This document shows, in pieces, positions 41,431 through 49,227 of a stretch of DNA of 64,000 nucleotides. The position numbers and the translations under genes are program-made. The stretch's first letter is position 1. Every line of letters starts with the position of its first letter. A model generated the notes under the pieces. It made no database searches and was not told the DNA's origin. It was given only the letters and a program-made list of their open reading frames with translations. The stretch is from Planctomycetota bacterium (GTDB lineage: Bacteria; Planctomycetota; UBA1135; UBA2386): NCBI GenBank assembly GCA_965228735.1, contig OZ245838.1, positions 4,416,001 through 4,480,000 of the forward strand, read 5' to 3'.

Positions 41431-42243
41431 ATGCGCCCCTCCCGCTACCTGCCCTTCGCTCTGGCCGCCGCCGCGCTGGCCACGAGCTGCACCTATCCCC
41501 GTTTCATCGCCCGTCGCACGATCACCGACACGGTCGACCTGCGCGGCGCGCAGACGCTCGCCTGCAACACGCACAACGGCGACATCACGATCCACGCCCG
41601 CCCCGAAGCGACGGCCATCCAGATGCGCGTCGAGATGTCGGTACGGGGATACACCCAGGACGAGGCCGACGAGAATCTCCGTTCACTGCGCGTCGAGCCC
41701 CGCACCGAGAACGGCACGCTCACGCTCGAGGGGTCGTACGACTCGGAGGTGCGGCGGATGTCGCCGAGCTTCTCGTTCCATCTGGACGCGCCGGAGTCGC
41801 TGATGACGAAGCTGGTCACGCACAACGGCGACATCGACCTGCAGCAGCTCGTCGGGAACGTGAACGCGGAAACGCACAACGGCAACATCGGGCTGCGCGA
41901 CATCGCGGGCGACGTGCGGCTGCACACGCACAACGGCGCGGTCGTCGCGAGCGTCGCGGCCAACGCCGTCGAGCTCGTCTCGCACAACGGCCGGATCGCA
42001 CTCGAAGTCCAGGGTGACGGCGCGCTCGACGGTTCGATCGTCACGCACAACGGCAGCGTGGAGGTCGCCGTCGCGGAGTCGCTCGGCACCGTCGTCGACG
42101 CCTACACGCACAACGGTTCGCTGCGACTCGAGCGCGGCGCGGACGGCGTCCGGATGCGCAAGCGGCACCTGCACTGCACGCTCGGCAACGGCGGTGGCGA
42201 ACTCACCGTCGAGACGCACAACGGCAGCGTGGTCGTGCGCTGA
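41431..42243 (+). CDS. DUF4097-family beta-strand-repeat lipoprotein
   Basis: LATSC lipobox; eight (T/S)HNG repeats. Confidence 0.85.
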   Translation: MRPSRYLPFALAAAALATSCTYPRFIARRTITDTVDLRGAQTLACNTHNGDITIHARPEATAIQMRVEMSVRGYTQDEADENLRSLRVEPRTENGTLTLEGSYDSEVRRMSPSFSFHLDAPESLMTKLVTHNGDIDLQQLVGNVNAETHNGNIGLRDIAGDVRLHTHNGAVVASVAANAVELVSHNGRIALEVQGDGALDGSIVTHNGSVEVAVAESLGTVVDAYTHNGSLRLERGADGVRMRKRHLHCTLGNGGGELTVETHNGSVVVR

Positions 42244-42311
42244 ACGGCGCCGGATCGCGGCCGCCCGCTGCGCTCGTGAGCGGTGGCGGCCAGGCTCGGC
42301 CGCGGCTGCGG

Positions 42312-42335
42312 CTACTGCTACTGCTACTGCTACTG
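42312..42335. repeat. (CTACTG)4 microsatellite, read as (CAG TAG)4 at the 3' end of the minus-strand gene
   Basis: Read directly from the sequence. Confidence 0.95.
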
Positions 42336-43625
42336 CAGGCGCAGCTTGTACTGCTGGATCTTGCGATACAGCGTGGCGCGGCCGATGCCGAGCAGCTGGG
42401 CGGCGCGGCGCACGTTGCCCTTCGTCGCGCGCAGCGCGCGGGACAGCAGATACTGCTCCTCTTCGTCGAACGGCCGGATCTCGTCCTCGCCGATGTCGCG
42501 GTCGAGATCTCGTTCGGCGATCGCGGGTGCCGCGGTCGGCGCGCTGCCCGACGGCGCCGGGCGCGATGCCGCGACGTGCTCGCGATCGATCGGCGCCCCA
42601 CCGGCGAGCGCGTGAGCGCGCCGCACGACGGTCTCGAGCTGGGTCACGTTCCCGGGCCACGTCATGCTCTCGAGCAGCACGAGCGCCGCGGGCGTCAGGC
42701 CGTTCTGCGGGCGGCCGGACTGCGCCGACGCGAGTTGCAGCACGGACTCCGCGATCGCGGCGATGTCCTCGACGCGTTCCTTGAGCGCCGGGACCACGAG
42801 CGGGAACGCATTGAGCCGGTAGTAGAGGTCTTCGCGGAAGTCGCCGCGCGCGATCGCCTCGGGCAGATGCGCCGCGGTCGTGGCGATGATGCGCGCCGCG
42901 CCCGCACCGCGCGGGCCGGAGCGTTCCTTGAGGTGCTTGACGAGCACGGACTGCGCCGGGCTCGGCAGCTTGTCGACGTCCTCGAGCAACAGCGTGGTGC
43001 CGCGCGCGGCTTCGAGCTGCTCGCTCATGCCACTGGCGTCGAGGTCCGCGCTGTCGGCGATGACGGCCGGGCGGTCGGCGTTGCGGCTCTTGGTGTGGAT
43101 CATGCGGGCGGCGAGTGACTTGCCCGCGCCGGCCGGGCCCTCGATCAGCACCGTGACGTCACTGTCCGCGGCGCGGCTGATGCCGCTCTGCATCCGGCGC
43201 ACGATCGGACAGTTGCCCGCGAGGGCAGAACCGGTGTGCAGGCCTTCGACGAACTGCTCGAGCCGCCGGAGCTGCGTCGTCTGCTCACCGAGTTGCAGCG
43301 CGAGCGCGACGATCACGTCGGCGGCCTGATCGAGCGCGGTGAGCGACAACGACGCCTCCCCGTCCCCGACCGCGATGGTCGGTCCCGAGAACCCGGTCGG
43401 CGCGACCCGACCGTCAGCGTCCGCTGCCTGCAGCAGCAGATCGAAGTTCTCGCCCTCCGCGCACGCCGCGTCGAACGCCGCCACGTCGGGGAAAACCCGC
43501 GGTTCGTGCCCGTGGCCCGCCGTGGTCAGCGCGTCCGCGAGCTCCCGTCCCACGTCTTGCGCGACGATGGCGACGACGGCCTTGCCCGTCGTCGCGTCCC
43601 GATTCCCGATGAGTGCTGTCGTCAT
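42330..43625 (-). CDS. Degenerate sigma54-interaction (NtrC-like) AAA+ regulator with Fis HTH, lacking GAFTGA
   Basis: VLIEGPAGAGKS, RIIATT, FREDLYYRLN, PALKERVEDI, WPGNV, GNVRRAAQLLGIGRATLYRKI; no ESELFGHxxGAFTGA loop. Confidence 0.9.
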   Translation of the reverse strand: MTTALIGNRDATTGKAVVAIVAQDVGRELADALTTAGHGHEPRVFPDVAAFDAACAEGENFDLLLQAADADGRVAPTGFSGPTIAVGDGEASLSLTALDQAADVIVALALQLGEQTTQLRRLEQFVEGLHTGSALAGNCPIVRRMQSGISRAADSDVTVLIEGPAGAGKSLAARMIHTKSRNADRPAVIADSADLDASGMSEQLEAARGTTLLLEDVDKLPSPAQSVLVKHLKERSGPRGAGAARIIATTAAHLPEAIARGDFREDLYYRLNAFPLVVPALKERVEDIAAIAESVLQLASAQSGRPQNGLTPAALVLLESMTWPGNVTQLETVVRRAHALAGGAPIDREHVAASRPAPSGSAPTAAPAIAERDLDRDIGEDEIRPFDEEEQYLLSRALRATKGNVRRAAQLLGIGRATLYRKIQQYKLRLQ

Positions 43626-43888
43626 TCCCGTGATTCCCGTTCTTGGATCGGCATTCGGAACCGCCGGGATGAAGCCATGTTCGGGCCGGCGGCCGACATG
43701 CCGCGCGGCCGGGGCCGTTGCAGCGATGGCAAGGCTCACGCAATCGCCGCAGAAACCTGCGGTTCGGGGTTATCCCGCAGGGGTGTTGCCGAATGCAGCG
43801 GCCCACGGATTCCGCGGTCCGGAACCGCCGACGGCGTGGCCCAGGGGCCACCGCGCCGGGCTGCGGCATGGCGATTGCGTCGCCGCCC

Positions 43889-44052
43889 GGGGATGAAGGC
43901 GGGGGGCTGAAGGCAGGGGGATGGGCGGCGGGGGAACCGGGCTGCGCTGGGGGTCGCAGCCGGGGGCGAGCTGGGGGTCGCTGCTGGGGGCGAGTCGGGG
44001 GACTCGCAGGGGATCGCCCGGGACGCAATCGAGAGGCGGGGGAGCGATCGGG
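43889..44052. repeat. Periodic G-run tract (11 runs of 4-6 G; C-runs on the transcribed strand)
   Basis: Runs at 43889, 43901, 43916, 43930, 43949, 43962, 43973, 43986, 43997, 44009 and 44038; includes a 24-bp unit repeated twice (43946, 43970). Confidence 0.9.
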
Positions 44053-44478
44053 TCAGTCGCTGAGGCGCCGCGCGAGCTCGTCGAAGTCGATCTCTTCGAG
44101 TTCGTTCTGCGAGATCGGCGTCATGTCCTTGAACTTCCGATACTCCTCGATGCTGCTCAGCTCGACATAGTCACGCGCCGTCATCTCGTTGGAGTCGGTG
44201 ACGGCCGGGCGCTTGCGATCGGCAGTCGCACCCGGGGTGGCGCGATCGAGCGTCTGCTTCGCGCGGTTGCAGATCGCGAGCGTGTTCTCGAGGTTGGAGC
44301 GGATCTTCTGCAGGCGCTCCTCGTTCGCCCCAGGAACGTCCATGCTCTTGCTGATCTTGCCGATCGCGACTTCGAGGACCGCGATGAGGCAGTTGAGCTT
44401 GGTCGTGAGACGAGCGCGATACTCGGTCGAACTCAGCGCCTGGGGGAGGTTGGGATTGTCGTTCTTGTTCGTGTCCAT
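44053..44478 (-). CDS. Hypothetical cytoplasmic helical protein (141 aa)
   Basis: AGGAG RBS, ATG 44478, typical GC3-rich codon usage, amphipathic helices; no family recognised. Confidence 0.85.
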   Translation of the reverse strand: MDTNKNDNPNLPQALSSTEYRARLTTKLNCLIAVLEVAIGKISKSMDVPGANEERLQKIRSNLENTLAICNRAKQTLDRATPGATADRKRPAVTDSNEMTARDYVELSSIEEYRKFKDMTPISQNELEEIDFDELARRLSD

Positions 44479-44507
44479 CGCGGAAATGCTCCTGTCGCCA
44501 GTGGTGG

Positions 44508-44523
44508 AGCACGCGACGTGCCA
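44508..44523 (-). promoter_or_regulatory. Sigma54 (-24/-12) promoter
   Basis: Minus strand TGGCACGTCGCGTGCT against consensus TGGCACG-N4-TTGCW (one mismatch, exact GG-N10-GC spacing), 29 nt upstream of the ATG and ahead of the RBS. Confidence 0.75.
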
Positions 44524-44733
44524 GGTGCCGGCAGCGCAGCATCGCGGCCATGTCATGGGCCGCTACGGTTTTGGCGCGATGAGCCTACACCCCGGCGCCG
44601 TCGCTTCGATGGGACCCCGGGGTCCGAGCCACAAGACTTCGTCCGATTCGCGCGACCGTTCGTCGGCACCCGGCCAGCCCGCCGCGGCGTTTCAGGGGCG
44701 CGGACTTTCGATGCGAACTTCCGCGACTGACCA

Positions 44734-45843
44734 CTAGCCGCCGGCTATCGACTGCCGGTAGATCTCGCGCGCGAAGTCGTCGAGGCGCCGCAGCGCACCC
44801 CGGCCCGCAACCTGGAAGGACACGCCGTCGTTCCAGAACAGCAGCACGCTCATCGCCGGATCGCGATACCGCGCGATCGTGTGCGACGGGTCGCGCTTGT
44901 CGCGCACCGGCAGGCCGCGGAACGGGTCGCCGTTCGGCGTCTCCAACAGGAAGAACGCGTCGATCCCGTCCGTGTAGGTCAGGACCAGCGACTGCCGGTT
45001 GTTGAGCGCGCTCGTCCGCAGCTCGACGCGGTCGAGGCCGTACTCGGCCGTCGCGTCACTCGGCTCGAAGACGTTGCTCGGGAACGTCATCGCCAACCGC
45101 GCCGCGTGGAAGCTGGCCATGACCACGGTCGTCACGGCGGAGTTGGTCGCGGGGCTCGTGATCACGGCGCCGGGCTGCCACGCGATCGTCTCGACCTCGG
45201 ACAGCATCCGCATGTGCGCGTCGTATTCGGCGACGTAGAGCGGCAGTTGCGTCTGACGGTCGACCTCGAGCAGCCAGATCGCCTTGTCGAACGTCCGCGG
45301 GTAGACCACGACGCGCTGCACGGCGCGGCCGATGCGCGTCGTGGTGCCGAAGTGGTGCAGCGTGTAGTTGGCCCGGGCCCGGCCGAGGTCACGCACGCGG
45401 AACGAACCGTGCCCGACGAACAGATGGCCGTAGTCGTCGTAGCTCTGCGACCACTTCAGCCACGCCGGCGAACCCTGCGGCTCGCCCTCGACGGCGAGGA
45501 ACTGCAGTTCGAAGTCCGGCTCGCTGGTCCCGTTCGCCCGCACCCGGAGCTCTTCCCGAACCGTGGTGACGTTGCCGGGTCCGCCGGTGGCGGAGTCGAA
45601 GAACCGCCGCAGCTGCACGGCCGTGTAGTTCTGCACCCGGGCCGCTTGCGTCAGCGAGTAGAACGTCGCATTGCCGCCGGCCTTCGGCGATACACCACCG
45701 GACGGTCCTACGTTCGACCCGGACACTCCGGACGTCTGCCCCACGGCCGTAGCCGCGAGACCGACCCCGCATGCGATCGCCATCGTCAACGCGACGAAGG
45801 ATCGGCGGGCGGCGCCGAGGTTCAGGGCAGTGGAACGAGGCAT
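44734..45843 (-). CDS. MucB/RseB-like periplasmic sigma-E regulatory protein
   Basis: Signal peptide; QNY, RARANYTL...RIGR..QRVVVYP, EVDRQTQLPL, YTDGIDAFFLLE resemble the RseB/LolA fold; follows ECF and anti-sigma genes. Confidence 0.75.
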   Translation of the reverse strand: MPRSTALNLGAARRSFVALTMAIACGVGLAATAVGQTSGVSGSNVGPSGGVSPKAGGNATFYSLTQAARVQNYTAVQLRRFFDSATGGPGNVTTVREELRVRANGTSEPDFELQFLAVEGEPQGSPAWLKWSQSYDDYGHLFVGHGSFRVRDLGRARANYTLHHFGTTTRIGRAVQRVVVYPRTFDKAIWLLEVDRQTQLPLYVAEYDAHMRMLSEVETIAWQPGAVITSPATNSAVTTVVMASFHAARLAMTFPSNVFEPSDATAEYGLDRVELRTSALNNRQSLVLTYTDGIDAFFLLETPNGDPFRGLPVRDKRDPSHTIARYRDPAMSVLLFWNDGVSFQVAGRGALRRLDDFAREIYRQSIAGG

Positions 45844-45990
45844 GACGGACGTGACGACGGAACGAGCGAGACGGGCAGGGGAAACGCTACCGTGGCGGGA
45901 GCGTGAACGACAGGTGCCGGCGTGTCAGGGTCCGGTCGACAGGCAAACGACCGGATTGCGAAACGCCGGGTTGGAAAACACGCGGACCCG

Positions 45991-46734
45991 TCATTCTCCA
46001 CCTCCGCGCCGTACGGCACGTATCGGGGAGAACTCGACGCCGGACAGGGACGTCAGGTCCGCGAAGACGATTTCGGGCTCCACTGGCGGCGGGCCGCGCC
46101 GCCCGGGATCGCGTTCCCGCGGCAGGTTGTCGCCGACGAGGACCACGTAGAGCAGCGCCGCGGCCGCCAGGCCACCCGCAGCGGCCATCGCGCCGGCACG
46201 CGCTCGTGCGCTCCGCCCGCTGGCCGCACCGGCTGCAGGCGCAGCATCGGCGGCCGCGGGACGCGCGAACACCGCGTCCCGGATCTCGCGCCATTCGGGA
46301 GCGGCACCCCGGCCGGGCGCCTGGCGCAGCCGTTCGGCGAGGTCGGCCGACAGGTCGACGGCGACGCCGTCGTCGCCACCCCCGATCGAGGCCGAATCGA
46401 CTGCTGCCAACTCATGCGGGGCCACCTCACGCGCGGCCGTCTCGCTCGCGAACGTGTCGGCGACGGCCTGCCCGAGCGGTGCTTCCTCGCACTGCTCGAC
46501 GAGCCGCTCCCGCACGGCATCGAGCAACGCCGCGGCCCGCAACTCGGACAGCGGCGCCACGGGCTCGCGCAACGCCGACTGCAGCCGCTCACGCCCGCGC
46601 AACCACTCCGCGCAGAACGCACAGTCGGCCGCGTGACGCCGGATCGCGTCGGCGAGAGGCTGACCCCCGCTCCGCAGCATGGCGCGGCAAGCGGGAGTCA
46701 GGCGGGTTTCCCCCGGGTTCGGCGCACCGGTCAT
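45991..46734 (-). CDS. Zinc-finger (HxxxCxxC) transmembrane anti-sigma factor
   Basis: HAADCAFC ZAS motif, single TM helix, ATGA overlap with the ECF sigma gene. Confidence 0.8.
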   Translation of the reverse strand: MTGAPNPGETRLTPACRAMLRSGGQPLADAIRRHAADCAFCAEWLRGRERLQSALREPVAPLSELRAAALLDAVRERLVEQCEEAPLGQAVADTFASETAAREVAPHELAAVDSASIGGGDDGVAVDLSADLAERLRQAPGRGAAPEWREIRDAVFARPAAADAAPAAGAASGRSARARAGAMAAAGGLAAAALLYVVLVGDNLPRERDPGRRGPPPVEPEIVFADLTSLSGVEFSPIRAVRRGGGE

Positions 46735-47357
46735 CCGGCACCTCCACCCAGGGAATCGATGGCCGCGTCGCTCAGGTTCAGATGCGGGAAGCGGGTCCGA
46801 ACGAGGTTTTCGAGAGCGAGGTGGGCACGCGCAAGGCGTGATTTGACGGTTCCGAGCGAGAGCCCGAGCGTCGCGGCCAATTCGTCGTACGACATCTCCT
46901 CGAGGTAGCGCAGCGCGAGGATGACGCGCAGCTTGGGGCTGAGCATCGAGATCGCGAGCTGCACCTGATCCCCGAGTTCGCGCACCTCCGCGGAGGCACC
47001 CGGACTCTGCGTGTCGTCCTCGGGCTCGCGACCGAGGTCGGCGGTCTCGAGCGACAGCGCCGGTCGCGCGCCTTCACGGCGGCGGTGGTCGATGCTGCAG
47101 TTGACGACGATGCGGAACAGCCAGGTGCTGAAGCGGGCGCCGCCGCGGAAGTTCTGCAGCTTCCGGAACACGAGCGCGAACGCTTCCTGGAGGACGTCGT
47201 GCGCATCACTGGCCGAGCCGGTAATGCGGAACGCGATGGCGTGGACCCGATCGCGATAGCGCGTGAAGAGCTCTTCGAACGCGGCTTCGAACCCGTCGCT
47301 CTCCGGCTGCCGGCAGGCGGCAACGAGATCGGCATCGGGGTCGCGCAAAAGTTCCAC
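46731..47357 (-). CDS. ECF sigma factor, RpoE/SigW-like
   Basis: DADLV, AFEELF.RY, DAHDVLQEAF, FRGGARFSTWLFRIVVN, SYDELA..LGTVKSRLARA. Confidence 0.95.
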   Translation of the reverse strand: MELLRDPDADLVAACRQPESDGFEAAFEELFTRYRDRVHAIAFRITGSASDAHDVLQEAFALVFRKLQNFRGGARFSTWLFRIVVNCSIDHRRREGARPALSLETADLGREPEDDTQSPGASAEVRELGDQVQLAISMLSPKLRVILALRYLEEMSYDELAATLGLSLGTVKSRLARAHLALENLVRTRFPHLNLSDAAIDSLGGGAG

Positions 47358-47362
47358 GGTTT

Positions 47363-47391
47363 ACAGACGGCCCGGGCGCCTCACGGGTTCC
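47363..47391 (-). promoter_or_regulatory. SigmaE-type autoregulatory promoter
   Basis: Minus strand GGAACCC-N16-GTCTGT, 5 nt before the GTG start; matches RpoE/AlgU consensus spacing GGAACTT-N16-GTCnAA. Confidence 0.65.
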
Positions 47392-47628
47392 GCGGAATCT
47401 GGCCCACGGGAGAATCAATCCACATCCGTAACTTCCTTCTCTTCATCAGCTTCGGATGGCGGCTACGGCTTTTCCCGAGATTCCGGGCGCGCGCCGTGCG
47501 GATTCGCCCGGCGAGCCGCGAGACCGTTCGGTAGTCTCGCTGCCGGCGCGTGAGACGGCGCGCCGGGCCGGCCACACCTTGGCGACACCGGGGGCGATCC
47601 CGCGGGCCGACCCAGGTGGCGGGGCGGG

Positions 47629-48636
47629 CTAGAGCGGCCCGCCCGGCACGAGCAGGAACGTGCCGATCGACGCCAGGCACGTGGGCCCGCATTCCATGTC
47701 GTTGCAGTCCTCGCAGTCGGCATCGACGACCTCGTAGAGCGATCCACCCTGACCCTGCGCGCTGAGCTCGAGGACGAGCTCACACACCTTGTTCGAGGTC
47801 GGAAAGTTCATCGGCACCGGGCCGATGCTCTGCAGCACGTGCGAGTGCTGCCGGAACGGCACCAGCGCACACGTCACGCCGCCCACGTCGAGCAGCCGGA
47901 TGTCCGTCTGCACCACGTTGCCGCCGATCCCGGCCTGCGCGTGAATCGAACACGGCAGGAACGACTGCATGAACTGCGGCGAGAGCATCGGAATCGCGAG
48001 ATGCAGCCACGTCCCCTGCATCGCGGTCGGGCGCTCGGTGATCCGGACGCCCTGGAACGCGAGCACGTTCAGCGGGATGTGCAGACCCGGATACGCCGGC
48101 AGTTCGATCCACGACTGGAACGTCTGGATCAGGTTCGTCGTGCCGCCGACGAAGCGGAAGAACAGGTGCAGCGTCGTCGGATCGTGCTGCCGCCCCGGCC
48201 CCGGGCCGGTCATCACGGCCCGCATCTCGTGATCGAGCGGCAACGGCGCGCCGGCCGTTCGCGGCGCCCCGTACTGGACGGCCTCGACGAAATCGCTGAC
48301 GCCGTCCGCGTCCGTGTCGACGCTGTTGGGGTTCGTCATCAGCACCCACTCGACGCTGTCCGGCAGGAAGTCGCCGTCGCTGTCGGCCAGGTTGTCCTCG
48401 CCGCTCGCATGCAGCAAACGCGCGTTCGCGGCGCCGGCCGCATCATGCGGCGTCCCGTTCCTCGCCCCGTTGGAGCTCACTCCGAGCGCACTCGAACCGA
48501 AGTCGGCGCACCACATGCCCGCCGCGAGCAACGCGAGAATCGCGGTCGCGGTGGCGGTCGTCGTGAGGGGGTGGACGCGTGTCAAGTTCTGGCGGTGTCG
48601 AGGGGTCGACGCCGGGGAAGCGGGAGCGCTCTGCAT
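47629..48636 (-). CDS. Exported protein with thrombospondin type-3-like Ca-binding repeats and Cys-rich C-terminus
   Basis: Hydrophobic signal/anchor; DSDGDFLPDSVE..TNP...DTDADGVSDFVE; C-terminal CEDCNDMECGPTC. Start is uncertain. Confidence 0.75.
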   Translation of the reverse strand: MQSAPASPASTPRHRQNLTRVHPLTTTATATAILALLAAGMWCADFGSSALGVSSNGARNGTPHDAAGAANARLLHASGEDNLADSDGDFLPDSVEWVLMTNPNSVDTDADGVSDFVEAVQYGAPRTAGAPLPLDHEMRAVMTGPGPGRQHDPTTLHLFFRFVGGTTNLIQTFQSWIELPAYPGLHIPLNVLAFQGVRITERPTAMQGTWLHLAIPMLSPQFMQSFLPCSIHAQAGIGGNVVQTDIRLLDVGGVTCALVPFRQHSHVLQSIGPVPMNFPTSNKVCELVLELSAQGQGGSLYEVVDADCEDCNDMECGPTCLASIGTFLLVPGGPL

Positions 48637-48871
48637 GATAGCGCTGAGCGCGGTGGAAGTTTCATGCCTGTCCGGTTGCCGCCACGCACGTGGGTTCACC
48701 AGGGGGACACGGCAGCCGGAACGACAGGATATTGAACCCCAACCGCGCTCGGCTGGCAACCTCGGCACCCGCGGGAACGCCCGGAATCGTGCCTCGACCA
48801 CCGCGAAACGGCGCCGATTCGCGCGTGCAGTTGTGTTTCGGCCGAAGGCCCGATAAGACCGGGCTCGGCGA

Positions 48872-48948
48872 GCGCCCGTAGCTCAGCTGGATAGAGCGAC
48901 GGCCTCCGGAGCCGTAGGTCAGAGGTTCGAATCCTCTCGGGCGTGCCA
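48872..48948 (+). tRNA. tRNA-Arg(CCG)
   Basis: Acceptor stem GCGCCCG/CGGGCGT, D-arm GCTC..GAGC, anticodon arm ACGGC-CT CCG GA-GCCGT, T-arm AGAGG-TTCGAAT-CCTCT, encoded CCA. Confidence 0.98.
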
Positions 48949-49120
48949 CTCGTGGGGTCTGCCGCGAGTTCGGCGGGCGGTCCGTCAGGCGCATCCGCCC
49001 GACCGGATTCGATGGGCGTATCGTGGTGCAATGCGCTCGAGCGCATACGCCGAACGCTCCGCGACCGTAGCGAACCGCCTCCAGCGAGGACCCAGCCCAA
49101 GCCCGACCTGGCAGCGCCCA

Positions 49121-49217
49121 GCCCAGACAACGCCGCCCAGACAACGCCGCCCAGTCAACGCAGCCCAGACAACGCCGACCGGTCAACGCAGTCCAGTCAA
49201 CCCAGACCGGCAACCCA
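49121..49217. repeat. About seven imperfect 14-bp tandem repeats (consensus GCCCAGWCAACGCM)
   Basis: Units start at 49121, 49135, 49149, 49163, 49177, 49191 and 49205; the array ends 10 nt before the M61 ATG. Confidence 0.9.
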
Positions 49218-49227
49218 GAACACGCCC

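Noticed and set aside
42312..42335. Amber recoding (pyrrolysine) suggested by the repeated TAG codons
   Set aside because: Many genes here end normally at TAG, the protein is complete at the first TAG, and no pyl genes are visible.
48872..48948. tRNA-Arg as an integration site for an island or prophage
   Set aside because: No integrase nearby, and I found no duplicate of the tRNA 3' end in the window.
49121..49217. Possible CRISPR array
   Set aside because: Units are contiguous 14-mers without unique spacers, and there are no cas genes.
48943..49227. 95-aa N-terminal extension of the M61 peptidase given in the ORF track
   Set aside because: It starts inside the tRNA 3' end and crosses a 14-bp-period repeat; ATG 49228 fits the family start better.
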